Shown: positions 46,625 through 56,211, counted from the stretch's first letter. The stretch: 64,000 nt of DNA from Candidatus Spongiisociaceae bacterium (GCA_965262915.1 OZ253564.1:3552001-3616000); one strand, 5' to 3'. Made by a program: numbers and translations. The notes: generated by a model not told the origin, from the letters alone.

Positions 46625-48418
46625 TCAGCGTCCGGCGGCAGTGCCCTCAACCTCGGTAATCGTCCGATGGTTCTCTTGGCGCGGATCATGGTTAGGTGGC
46701 GGGCGCGGCTGAACCTCCGACGAAGGCGCCAGGTACGGGAACTCCACCGGCGCAGTGGACACAGACATTCCGCTGGCGCCGTGGAGGGACACGATCACGT
46801 TACGAAGCCAGCCCTCATCATCCCGGTAGGGATAGTCGGCCCGGTGGTGAGCACCCCGGCTCTCGGTTCGGGCAACAGCGCTGTGACACAACGCTGCGGC
46901 TACCACCAGCAGGCTCTCCATATCCAGCGCCTCGTTCCATGCAAGGTTGTACTCACGGCCGCCCGCAGAACGAACTGACGAGAGGCGGGCTTGGGTGGTG
47001 TACAGCTTCTCGATGGTTCGGTCAAGACCTTGCTTCGTACACACTACTCCTGCACCCTCCCACATCGCCTCTTCGAGTTCCTGCCGAAGGTCATGGGGAT
47101 TCTCGTTACCTCCCGGCTCGCCAAGTAGCGATTCAGCCCGGCGGCGAATCGACTCAGCCTCTGCGGGCGAGGTCGCAGGAAGACACCTACCGGACGCGAA
47201 TCGAGCCATGGCCTCTCCGGCCCGAGCCCCGAATATCGTGGACTCGGCGACCCCGTTGCCGCCCAGACGGTTGCAGCCGTGGACACCACCCGCGTCCTCA
47301 CCGGCCACGAACAAACCCTCGATGGCGGTGCGGCCCATCGGGTCGATTCTGGCTCCACCCATGTGGAAGTGGGAGGTGGGGATCACCTCAATCGCCTCTC
47401 GGGCCAGATCGCGCCCTGCCAGAGAAGCGCGCTTGACCATGCCGGGGAACTCGGTAGCCACCCGATCCGCGCCTATGTGGCTGACATCGAGGTAGACACC
47501 CCCTTGCGGTGTCCCACGCCCCGCCACGACCTCCAGGTAGATCGCCCGCGATACGATGTCCCGCGTTGACCTCTCCATCCTCTCCGGGTCGTGGGATGCC
47601 ATGAACCGCTCCCCCGCCATGTTGAGGAGATAGCCGCCTACGCCGCGCAGCCCCTCCTCCACGACCGAGCCGGTGAGTATCGAATCGCCGGCCAATAGCC
47701 CGGTCGGGTGGAACTGGAGCATCTCCATGTCCATCAGGTCCAGCCCGGCACGGAAAGCCATCGCCACCCCATCGCCCGACTTCTCCATTGAGGGGGAGGA
47801 GTAGCGGTACATGCGGGCCCCGCCCCCGGTGGCTACCAGGACCGCCCTAGCTCTGATCACGACGAACTGACCCGTCCGAAGGTCGGAGGCGACCAACCCC
47901 CCTACCCGTGCTCCGTGGTCGGACACGAGGAGGTCGAGTGCCCGGTGCTCTTCGAGGATACGGACGTTGGGTTTGGTCATCACATGATCCGCCAGCCGGG
48001 AGACGATCTCGATACCGGTCAGATCCCTACGGTGTACCGTGCGGTCGTAGGTCATCCCACCGAACGGCTTGAGGTCGTAGCCACCTTCGGGAGTCCGGTC
48101 GAACCGGCACCCCAGAACCTCCTCCATTTCGTCGATTCGCAGCGGGGCGTCTTCGGTCAGAACCTTGGCAAGACGCTGATCGTTCAGGTATCCGCCGCCG
48201 ATGATCGTGTCCCTCAGGTGGATCGCGGGAGAGTCGCCGGCCTGCAACGCTGCGTTGTAGCCGCCCTGGACCATCCGGGTGCATCCGCTCTTCCCGAACA
48301 AACCTTTGACGACGATCACCACATTCAGGTCGGAGGGATGGTCAGTCGCCCGGAGAGCCGCGAACAGGCCGGCGCCACCCGATCCGACAATCGCGATGTC
48401 CGCGGTCAGTTCGTTCAA
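46625..48418 (-). CDS. Succinate dehydrogenase/fumarate reductase flavoprotein-like (TfrA-type motif)
   Basis: GSGGAG, GKSGCTRMVQGGYNA, QFHPTG, STRDIVSRAI, HFHMGG, HGCNRLGGN and RTESRGAH. TTG start overlaps the upstream stop. Confidence 0.88.
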   Translation of the reverse strand: MNELTADIAIVGSGGAGLFAALRATDHPSDLNVVIVVKGLFGKSGCTRMVQGGYNAALQAGDSPAIHLRDTIIGGGYLNDQRLAKVLTEDAPLRIDEMEEVLGCRFDRTPEGGYDLKPFGGMTYDRTVHRRDLTGIEIVSRLADHVMTKPNVRILEEHRALDLLVSDHGARVGGLVASDLRTGQFVVIRARAVLVATGGGARMYRYSSPSMEKSGDGVAMAFRAGLDLMDMEMLQFHPTGLLAGDSILTGSVVEEGLRGVGGYLLNMAGERFMASHDPERMERSTRDIVSRAIYLEVVAGRGTPQGGVYLDVSHIGADRVATEFPGMVKRASLAGRDLAREAIEVIPTSHFHMGGARIDPMGRTAIEGLFVAGEDAGGVHGCNRLGGNGVAESTIFGARAGEAMARFASGRCLPATSPAEAESIRRRAESLLGEPGGNENPHDLRQELEEAMWEGAGVVCTKQGLDRTIEKLYTTQARLSSVRSAGGREYNLAWNEALDMESLLVVAAALCHSAVARTESRGAHHRADYPYRDDEGWLRNVIVSLHGASGMSVSTAPVEFPYLAPSSEVQPRPPPNHDPRQENHRTITEVEGTAAGR

Positions 48419-49098
48419 TGCCGAGTCCTGAAGGTGAATGCCCTTCGGACGACCATCCGCTTCAGTTTGTGTATGGCCTGCGGGAGGGCGAGATCCTTGG
48501 GGCATGCAGCCAAGCAGTCAAGATGGCCTCGGCATCCGTAGATCCCGTCCGGCGTCGCCAATGCTCTCAAGCGGGTCTCGGCTTCAGATTCGCTGCCCTC
48601 CTCAACGAGGCGCAGCGCCCGGAACAATGCCGCGGGTCCTACGTAGCCCTGGTTGACGGCGGCCATGGTGCAAGCCGACAAGCATGCTCCGCAGGTGATG
48701 CAGTCCCCTAGCGTCTCCGGGTATGCGGGCGTGTCGCTGCGGAATGCTCCCCCAGCCGGATCCACCCGTCGGTAACGATCGAAGAACGGCTCAAGGTCGA
48801 CTACCAAGTCCTTGACGACCGGGAGGTTTCGCAGAGGACGGATACGCACACCGCTTCCACCGGGAGGCGCGGGCGTCTGGCAGGCGAGAACCTCTCGCCC
48901 GTCGACAACCACCGCGCAGGTGCCACACATTCCCACCCGGCACGCCGAGCGGAACGCAAGGGTGGGATCGTGGTGTTGAACGATCAACCTGAGCAGGTCA
49001 AGGATCGAGACCTGGGCCCCCGGCGCCACATCGTAGGTGGCCTCATGCGTGCCCCGTGTACGGTCGAAACGGGCGATCTGTACCTTGACTGTCTTCAC
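48415..49098 (-). CDS. SdhB/FrdB-like iron-sulfur subunit
   Basis: CRVGMCGTC...LAC, CITCGACLSAC and CRGHLDCLAACP. GTG start at 49098. Confidence 0.9.
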   Translation of the reverse strand: MKTVKVQIARFDRTRGTHEATYDVAPGAQVSILDLLRLIVQHHDPTLAFRSACRVGMCGTCAVVVDGREVLACQTPAPPGGSGVRIRPLRNLPVVKDLVVDLEPFFDRYRRVDPAGGAFRSDTPAYPETLGDCITCGACLSACTMAAVNQGYVGPAALFRALRLVEEGSESEAETRLRALATPDGIYGCRGHLDCLAACPKDLALPQAIHKLKRMVVRRAFTFRTRH

Positions 49099-49457
49099 AG
49101 GGCGACCACGGCTCCCCAGACGGTGACCGCTGCGGCTATCACCACAAAGGGGATAGTGAGCCGGTCGGCTGTGCGTATCCATCCGGAGTCGATCATCATC
49201 GTGCGGATCCCGAATACGGCATGAAACGCCACTGCCCCGATGAGTATCACGTCCACCGCGCCGTTGGTGTGGATCTCCGAGAGGGAGGCCCCGCCGGGTA
49301 TGTCGCTCCTGAAAGCCCATCCGCTGATGACCTTCAGCGGTACCAGGACCAACAGCAGCACCGAGGTGACGCGCTGAACTACCCACGCCACAACCCCCCG
49401 TGTCGGCCGGCGGTCCCTCCAAGGCGAGCCGCTAGCACGGGAGGATGGCTCGGTCAC
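49095..49457 (-). CDS. SdhC/SdhD-like membrane anchor
   Basis: AWVVQRVTSVLL and FHAVFGIRTMMID; three hydrophobic segments. Start approximate. Confidence 0.75.
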   Translation of the reverse strand: MTEPSSRASGSPWRDRRPTRGVVAWVVQRVTSVLLLVLVPLKVISGWAFRSDIPGGASLSEIHTNGAVDVILIGAVAFHAVFGIRTMMIDSGWIRTADRLTIPFVVIAAAVTVWGAVVAL

Positions 49458-49544
49458 GTAACCGGCCCCGAAGGTACGACACGTCCGCCCCCCGTCAGGT
49501 GACGGGCATCCGAAGTCCCGTGCAGTTGATCCACGGGAATGTCG

Positions 49545-50160
49545 TTTGACAGCAGAGCAACCTCTAGCACGGAACACCCCGATCGGATCGACCCGGCGGC
49601 GATAGCGGCCGCCACGTCACAACCAGCGTGGCGTCAGAGCTGTTACCAGGGAGAAGTTCTACTCCAGAAGGCAACTGCACCATTCCTCGTCCACTTCGAA
49701 ATCGCGGATCGCCTTGCCGGCTAGCGAGCGAGCCGACATGCCCAGCAGCCCGACCGACTCGGCCAGGTTACGCGCCAGCACCGGCATCATCACGTTGATC
49801 CCGAAGTCGCCGTTGGCCGCCGCCCACACCACCGTGGCATCGTTACCGATGATATGCACCACCGGCCTGATCGCGTTGCAAGACCGCGTTCACCTCGGCT
49901 GGATCGGAAATGATCGAAGAACCCAGGTGGATAGGGTTCATGCGGTTCCCACCGATCGCCATCGTGGCCAGGAGTTCAGCCAACGGGGATGATCGGTCAT
50001 CTTTAGGGGCGAGACCTCAATACCCCCACAGCAACGCTGACCATCACCGCGCCGCTGGCTGCTCCCCAAGAATCACCCGCCGGTGGCTGCTCCATAATAG
50101 GTGTCGGCCGACACTTCCAGTGCGCCGAGCGCATCCACCAATACGCTTGTGCGGTCTCAT
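49545..50160 (-). pseudogene. fumC: Degraded class II fumarase / aspartase (fumC/aspA) remnant
   Basis: Collinear fragments in several frames: DALGALEVSADTYYGAAT, MAIGG, GSSII..AEVN, IIGNDATVVWAAANGDFGINVMMPVLARNLAES and SLVTALTP. Contains stops, frameshifts and large deletions. Confidence 0.75.
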
Positions 50161-50267
50161 ACGGCTCCGTCCTCCAAACCTCGACCGTCTCGATTAACCC
50201 GCATCGGACCGCCGCCGAACCCTCGGAGGGCCGCTTGCCGAGTTGCTCGCCCCAAGCCACCGCTCCA

Positions 50268-50984
50268 TTAGGAGGAACCCGTGGTTCTGTCGCCGGTGAG
50301 GCGCCGAACGGCGTCGTCCATATGCGCGGAGATCGCTCGCAACACCTCGTCACGGTCTCCGGATCGCAGAGCTGTCAGGATTCTTCGATGCTCTTCAGCT
50401 AGGTGAGTCCCCTCGTTGTAGGCGCCTTCCAGCCGGCGGAGGCAGACTGCCGTCTCGACGAGCAACGTCGCGAACATCCTCGTCAACCTCGCGCTGCCCG
50501 CCGCCTCGACGAGTTTCTCGTGGAAGTGGCGATCCGCCTCCAGAGTTGACCTCAGATCCGAGGAGGCGGCGGCATCCTCGAGGGAAGTCAGCGCGGCTTC
50601 CAGCACCTCCCAGTCAACATCTTGGGGCGCCCGCATGATCGCATCCGCCGCAGCCGTCTCGCACGCGGTACGGGCAAGGTAGACATCGATCACGTCCTCG
50701 CTCCGCAGCACTCTGATGAAAACACCCCGCCGCCGGTTCTCCGCCAGACCTTCCTGTATGAGGCGTTGCAGCGCCTCCCGTACGGGTGCTCGACTCACCC
50801 CCAGTTGTTCGGCCAGCCGTGTTTCCACCATCCGGGTGCCTGGGGCGAGTGTCCCGTCGAGAATCGCTTCTCGGACCCTGCGCGCGATGATGAGCGCGGT
50901 CGGGGGCCGGGCAATGGGCTGAAATTGGTCCAAACCTGTAGCTCGAGTGCGTCGCATCTCAGATGGGCGTGCCGAACCTTTCAT
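50268..50984 (-). CDS. GntR-family (FadR/FCD) transcriptional regulator
   Basis: LAPGTRMVETRLAEQLGVSRAPVREAL, DRHFH and EHRRIL. Start uncertain. Confidence 0.92.
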   Translation of the reverse strand: MKGSARPSEMRRTRATGLDQFQPIARPPTALIIARRVREAILDGTLAPGTRMVETRLAEQLGVSRAPVREALQRLIQEGLAENRRRGVFIRVLRSEDVIDVYLARTACETAAADAIMRAPQDVDWEVLEAALTSLEDAAASSDLRSTLEADRHFHEKLVEAAGSARLTRMFATLLVETAVCLRRLEGAYNEGTHLAEEHRRILTALRSGDRDEVLRAISAHMDDAVRRLTGDRTTGSS

Positions 50985-51058
50985 TCGTCCCCACTCCCCA
51001 TGGGCATGGACCCCGTCTCTTTCAGCGAATCGCCGGACGGAAGTGGGCTCCTTGAGAA

Positions 51059-51091
51059 TCGTCGATTGTCGACGAATGATCAATCAGCCTA
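51059..51091 (-). promoter_or_regulatory. Candidate GntR operator 1 (TCGTCGATTGTCGACG) downstream of -10 TAGGCT
   Basis: Matches the motifs at 53808 and 54889; lies upstream of the gntR gene. Confidence 0.65.
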
Positions 51092-51115
51092 GCATCCGGA
51101 GAAACACCCCTCTAG

Positions 51116-51215
51116 GAGGGTGGTGTGAAACTCCCTTCACGGCCCGTCGACCGATAACATAATGCCTGTTCAGAGGAAGACGGGCCGTTGCTCCCCACCG
51201 TTTTAGACCACCCTC
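51116..51215. mobile_element. MITE copy B (100 bp) with CTAG duplication
   Basis: GAGGGTGGTGTGAAAC ... GTTTTAGACCACCCTC between two CTAG sites. The interior is similar to copy A. Confidence 0.72.
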
Positions 51216-51328
51216 CTAGGAGAATGCGGAAGAATGACCAAGGCCGTCGGCCGGTCGCCGAAGGACCGGGCCTGCTGTGGATGGGCGAAGGGCCGCTGGT
51301 GGACTCCTCAGGATCCTCGTAGCTCACA

Positions 51329-52333
51329 GTGATCAAGCATCGTCCAGTATCGAAACCGTCCGTTGTGGTCGTAGGGGAACTCGATGGACGCCTTCCCCCG
51401 GGACTCTCGACCGTCACCGACCGAGTGAACGTTCACAAGGTGGGAACAGCGTCGGAGCTAGTGAGGGTTCTGCCTGACAGTGAGATCGTGTTGCTCTGGG
51501 ACTTCAATTCTCGTCTCCTCCGACAGCACTTCCACCGAGCACGCGCTTTGCAATGGGTTCACGTCGCCGGAGCCGGAGTCGACGCCGTCATGACCCCGGA
51601 GATATCAGCCAGCGATGTCGTGGTTACGAACGCAAGAGGCGTGTTCAACCAATCCATCGCTGAAACTGTCGTAGCGATGATGCTTGTGTTCACCAAGGAC
51701 ATGCTGACAACAATCGCCCTCCAGTCAGAGCAGAGATGGGTTCATAGGGACACAGAAATGTTGGCGGGCCAGACCGCTCTCATACTTGGCGCCGGGGAGA
51801 TCGGACGGGCCATCGGCAGGGCCGTAGGTGCGCTCGGCGTCGAGGTAATCGGGGTGGCGACATCGGAACGACGTGATCACGACCTCGGGCAGGTGCGCTC
51901 CATCGAAGATCTCGACACCCTTCTACCCACTGCCGACTTCGTCGTGCTTGTCCTACCTCTGACCGACTTCACGCGCGGAATCATCGGAGCCGAGCAATTC
52001 GCATTGATGAAGACAACCGCCCGTCTCATCAATGTGGGCAGGGGACAACTCGTCGATGAAGGCGCGCTTGTCGATGTGCTGCAATCCGGATCGATAGCCG
52101 GCGCTGCGCTCGACGTATTCCAAACCGAGCCGCTGCCGTTGGACAGCCCTCTGTGGACGATGCCCAACGTCATCGTTTCGCCGCATATGTCAGCGGACTT
52201 TCACGGATGGCTCGAAGCCCTGGCAGCCCAGTTTGTCGATAACCTCGATAGGTGGCTAAGCGGTAAGCCCCTGTTCAACGTAGTTGACAAGACACTGGGA
52301 TACGTGACGGGAAGTGCGACACATCCGTCCTGA
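51329..52333 (+). CDS. D-2-hydroxyacid dehydrogenase family protein
   Basis: GAGVD, TNARG, LGAGEIG, NVGRG, LDVFQTEPLP and SPHMS. Confidence 0.92.
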   Translation: MIKHRPVSKPSVVVVGELDGRLPPGLSTVTDRVNVHKVGTASELVRVLPDSEIVLLWDFNSRLLRQHFHRARALQWVHVAGAGVDAVMTPEISASDVVVTNARGVFNQSIAETVVAMMLVFTKDMLTTIALQSEQRWVHRDTEMLAGQTALILGAGEIGRAIGRAVGALGVEVIGVATSERRDHDLGQVRSIEDLDTLLPTADFVVLVLPLTDFTRGIIGAEQFALMKTTARLINVGRGQLVDEGALVDVLQSGSIAGAALDVFQTEPLPLDSPLWTMPNVIVSPHMSADFHGWLEALAAQFVDNLDRWLSGKPLFNVVDKTLGYVTGSATHPS

Positions 52334-52526
52334 CCTGACGGGATCCCGGATGCCGGCCTTGACTCGGCGAGACCTAGAGGACGGTCAAGAACGGGTCCGA
52401 TCCCGGGCATGCGATTCCGTGGATGGATTCTTCGTTGCGAACGTAACCCCGATAGGCCCTTGTCACAACTACTCCTCTCAGTTCACTCGAGTTGATAGCG
52501 ATAGGGGTAGAGAAGCCCTGTAATCG

Positions 52527-53807
52527 CTATGCGGTGGCGTCGGCGATCGCTTCGTCGAAGACCCCGGCCGCCTCCTTCACTTGGGCCTCCGAGACGATCA
52601 ACGGTGGAAGCCACCGCACCACCTGGCCGAACGCCCCGCACGCAAGGAGCAGCAACCCGCGGCGTTCGCACTGACGTCGCACCTCGGTGGCAGTGTCGCC
52701 GTCGGGTGTTCCATCGGAACCAGTGAACTCCGTCCCGATCATCAAGCCTCTGCCCCTGACATCCCCTATGATCTCGTGCCGTTCGGCGACTTCCTGTAGT
52801 TCGGCAACCAATCGAGCACCTACCGTCGCGGCGTTCTCCACCAGTCGCTCTTCCTCGATGACATCGAGGGTGGCAAGCGCCGCGGCACAAGCAACAGCGT
52901 TCCCACCGTAGGTACCTCCTTGGGACCCGGGCCAGGCTTTCCCCATGAGATCGCGGCTCGCTGCCATCGCCGCCAGGGGCATCCCGGAAGCCAACCCCTT
53001 CGCCGAGATCACGACATCGGGGACTACACCTGATCGATCATGCCCCCAGAAACTACCTGTTCGCCCGAACCCTGCCTGCACCTCATCGATGATCAGCAGA
53101 ATTCCATGACGATCGCATCGCTCCCGGAGTCCCTGGAGGAATCGATCAGGAGCCGGAACGAAGCCACCTTCACCCAACACGGGCTCGACAACCATGGCAG
53201 CCGTCTCATTGGGTGCGGTTTGGGTGGCAAGCATGAAGTCCAACTCGGCCAGGCAAAAGTCTACGGTCTCCTCCTCTTCCCAGCCGTACCGATACGCATA
53301 GGGAAACGGGGCCACGAACACACCGGCCATCAGAGGTTGAAGCCCATCTCCGTACCCCGTCTTCGAGGTGGTCATCGACAATGACGCGGTTGTTCGACCG
53401 TGGAATCCGCCGTGGAACACGATCAGGTTTGACTTGCCCGTTGCGTTACGAGCCAGGCGAACCGAGGCTTCAACTGCTTCGGTTCCGGCGCTTGCGTAGA
53501 AGAGACTATCGATCTCGCCGGGGAGCACGAGCGTCAGGCGGGCGGCGAGTTCCTCGAGAAGCGGATGGAGAATGGTGGTGTACTGGCCATGTATCAGCGT
53601 CTCGGCTTGACGCTTGATGGCCTCGACGACCTTCGGATGACAGTGTCCGGTGCTCGTAACGCCGATGCCTGACGTGAAGTCGAGGTACCGCCTGCCTTCG
53701 GGATCGAGGATGAACACACCCTCCCCCCGGGCGGCATGCACACCGGTGGCCCGCATTAGGAGGGGAGACACATGGCGAGGCTCTGCGTACGGCATGTCCA
53801 ACTCCAT
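52527..53807 (-). CDS. Class III aminotransferase, 4-aminobutyrate aminotransferase-like
   Basis: DFTSGIGV, AGTEAVE, FHGRT, EPVLGEGG, DEVQAGFGRTG, AKGLASGMP and GGTYGGN. Confidence 0.92.
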   Translation of the reverse strand: MELDMPYAEPRHVSPLLMRATGVHAARGEGVFILDPEGRRYLDFTSGIGVTSTGHCHPKVVEAIKRQAETLIHGQYTTILHPLLEELAARLTLVLPGEIDSLFYASAGTEAVEASVRLARNATGKSNLIVFHGGFHGRTTASLSMTTSKTGYGDGLQPLMAGVFVAPFPYAYRYGWEEEETVDFCLAELDFMLATQTAPNETAAMVVEPVLGEGGFVPAPDRFLQGLRERCDRHGILLIIDEVQAGFGRTGSFWGHDRSGVVPDVVISAKGLASGMPLAAMAASRDLMGKAWPGSQGGTYGGNAVACAAALATLDVIEEERLVENAATVGARLVAELQEVAERHEIIGDVRGRGLMIGTEFTGSDGTPDGDTATEVRRQCERRGLLLLACGAFGQVVRWLPPLIVSEAQVKEAAGVFDEAIADATA

Positions 53808-53838
53808 TCGTCGATTGTCGACAGGAGCCCGGACTCTA
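53808..53838 (-). promoter_or_regulatory. Candidate GntR operator 2 (TCGTCGATTGTCGACA) with -10 TAGAGT
   Basis: Abuts the aminotransferase ATG; -10 TAGAGT at 53833-53838 on the minus strand. Confidence 0.68.
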
Positions 53839-53927
53839 GCCCGACTGCCGGAGAGGCGATCCGTTAATCGGGCCGGAATCGACAGTTGTCCGAGCGATTC
53901 CCCTCGGTGCCGATAGACTTGATTCCG

Positions 53928-54776
53928 ATGCGCTTTGCTCTCAACGTTCCGAATTTCGGTGCCCTGTCCGATCCTTGGACCCTGGTGGATCTGGCAGTTG
54001 ATGCCGAACGATGTGGTTGGGACGGGTTCTTCCTATGGGATCACATACTCCTGTGGGACAGTAATCCGATCGCGGATCCTTGGATCGTGCTGGCCGCGAT
54101 CGCCGCTCGAACCGAACGGATCACGATCGGTCCGATGGTGACACCTATCGCTCGAAGGAGACCGTGGAAAGTCGCTAGGGAGGCAACGTCACTCGACCAC
54201 CTGTGCAGGGGACGGTTGATCCTCGGGGCAGGTCTCGGCAACCCGGCCGACGCCGAATTCGAAGCGTTCGGCGAGGATCCCGATCCGCATGTGCGCGCCG
54301 CCAAGCTCGATGAGGGCCTCGAGGTCACCACCGGCATGTGGAGGGGAGAACTATACGAATTCCGGGGTGAGTACAACCGGCTCGAACCCTTCGTATTCCT
54401 CCCGCGCCCCGTCCAGCAACCTCGCATCCCCGTATGGATCGCCGGTAAATGGCCCAACCGAGCACCCTTCCGCCGAGCCGCTCTTTGGGACGGGGTCTTT
54501 CCGATGAAAGTAGGTGACAGCCAGATGACCCCGGACGAGGTGGGAGAGGTGCTCAGCTACCTGTACAGATACCGTGACCCCGACAAGCCGTTCGACGTGT
54601 CCATCTTCCTGGAAGGGATGCTGAACCGCGAAGGGCTACAACCCGGGCTGATCGAGCGATTCGCCCGAGCCGGGGTGACCTGGCTGCATGACGGCCCGGG
54701 CTTCGATGATGCGACGGACGCCGGCGTCAACGCCTTCCGTCATCACATTCTGGAGGGTCCCCCGACCCTTTCCTGA
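53928..54776 (+). CDS. LLM-class (luciferase-like) flavin/F420-dependent oxidoreductase
   Basis: GWDGFFLWDH, DPWIVLAAIA, RRRPWKVARE and GRLILGAGLG. Confidence 0.9.
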   Translation: MRFALNVPNFGALSDPWTLVDLAVDAERCGWDGFFLWDHILLWDSNPIADPWIVLAAIAARTERITIGPMVTPIARRRPWKVAREATSLDHLCRGRLILGAGLGNPADAEFEAFGEDPDPHVRAAKLDEGLEVTTGMWRGELYEFRGEYNRLEPFVFLPRPVQQPRIPVWIAGKWPNRAPFRRAALWDGVFPMKVGDSQMTPDEVGEVLSYLYRYRDPDKPFDVSIFLEGMLNREGLQPGLIERFARAGVTWLHDGPGFDDATDAGVNAFRHHILEGPPTLS

Positions 54777-54846
54777 GCGGGCGGATGCGGTCGGCTTCCT
54801 GGCACCGGACGCTGTAGACCGCGACAACTCGGTCGAATCCCGACAG

Positions 54847-54904
54847 TTGCGCCTCAGGGTTCCGGCCTGTAGAGTTTCCGGCGCATATTGTCGACAATAG
54901 ACGA
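54847..54904 (+). promoter_or_regulatory. Promoter TTGCGC-N17-TAGAGT followed by candidate GntR operator 3 (palindrome TATTGTCGACAATA)
   Basis: -35 at 54847-54852, -10 at 54870-54875, and a perfect 14-bp palindrome at 54886-54899. Confidence 0.7.
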
Positions 54905-54958
54905 CCGGCGAAGAGTCGCGCGAGTCTGTCACGATTGAGCACTGGAGGAGATGGCACT

Positions 54959-56173
54959 GTGACCCTGACGCCTGTGAAAGCCCCGCCGCCACGCGGCGAT
55001 TTTGTCCACAGCACGCCGGAAGAGCGGGAGCGCCGCTTAGGTCTCCTGCGGGAGGGAATGGCACAGGAAGGCCTCGCCGCGCTCGTCGTTTGTGGTCGAG
55101 ACGACATTCGCTACCGGGGACGGACATTCTGGGTTTCCGATGTATGGCAGTTGCTGGCCGACACCCACGTCGTGATCCTACCGGAAGGTGATCCCATCTT
55201 CATCGGAGGTCAGGTGTTCGGACTCGAACAGGCCGAGCAGGCCCTTTGGCCCGGCGAGTTCAGGGTGAGCGGCCTGTCGGGTGTCGAGATCGCCGATGTC
55301 CTCAGCTCGAACGGCCTGGGCGATGCCGCGGTGGGAATCACTGGTCTCTCGGATGCTTCGTTCGCGGCTGCGCATCTCCAGCAAATCAATGACGCCCTCC
55401 CCGGGTTGGAGATCCATGACGCCACCCAACTGTTCGAGGATGCCCGGCACACCAACAGCGAAGAGGAACTCGGGTATCTGTACGCCACCTCGGAACTGTT
55501 CAACGAACTCTACGAGGTGCTCGAACCGAGTATCCGTCCGGGCATGACCGAGATAGAACTCGCCGCCGAGTCCCACAAGGTGTCTCGGGAGTTCGGGCTG
55601 CGGGATCCGATGGTTCTCATGCAGACCACACCGTATGGACCACTCAGCTTCGGCACGACCAAGGTGATCGAGAAGGACGACATCGTCACCGTATGGATCG
55701 AATCGGCCGGCCCGTCCGGGTACTGGCTGGAATACCGTCGCTGCTACAGCTTCGGCCCTCCGGCGCCCGAGTTCCAGGAGTTCTGGGACCTATCGGTGGA
55801 TTCGCTCAACGCGGGGCTGGCCGCCATGAAACCGGGAGCGATGGCGTCGGCGTTCGTGGAGGGCGTCCACAACTACCTCGTGGAGGATTCCGAATACGAC
55901 CTGGGTTACACCCACGCCACGAACCCACACTCGATGTTCAGCCTGCATGGAATCGATTGCGACGCGATCAAAGGCGTCTGGGTTCCCGGTAATGACCGTG
56001 TCCTGAAAGACACGGAGGTGGTGAACATCCACCCGACGGTCGAGTTCAAGGACCACGCAACGTTCGAGAGGTTCGGCTGGCTGGGGATCACGGACAACGC
56101 GCTGGTCACCGAGTCGGGCGGGGTCCTGATGACTCACTCGCCTGACCTGCCCGACGGCTTCAAACAACTGTGA
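54959..56173 (+). CDS. M24 (Xaa-Pro peptidase/creatinase) fold protein with non-canonical metal ligands
   Basis: Creatinase N-domain (MAQEGLAALVV), RPGMTEIEL, GYWLEYRR, HGI and NIHP. GTG start after GGAGGAG. Confidence 0.82.
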   Translation: MTLTPVKAPPPRGDFVHSTPEERERRLGLLREGMAQEGLAALVVCGRDDIRYRGRTFWVSDVWQLLADTHVVILPEGDPIFIGGQVFGLEQAEQALWPGEFRVSGLSGVEIADVLSSNGLGDAAVGITGLSDASFAAAHLQQINDALPGLEIHDATQLFEDARHTNSEEELGYLYATSELFNELYEVLEPSIRPGMTEIELAAESHKVSREFGLRDPMVLMQTTPYGPLSFGTTKVIEKDDIVTVWIESAGPSGYWLEYRRCYSFGPPAPEFQEFWDLSVDSLNAGLAAMKPGAMASAFVEGVHNYLVEDSEYDLGYTHATNPHSMFSLHGIDCDAIKGVWVPGNDRVLKDTEVVNIHPTVEFKDHATFERFGWLGITDNALVTESGGVLMTHSPDLPDGFKQL

Positions 56174-56211
56174 GATCAACCTTCGGCAGCAAGCACTAGG
56201 AGGCCGCCATC

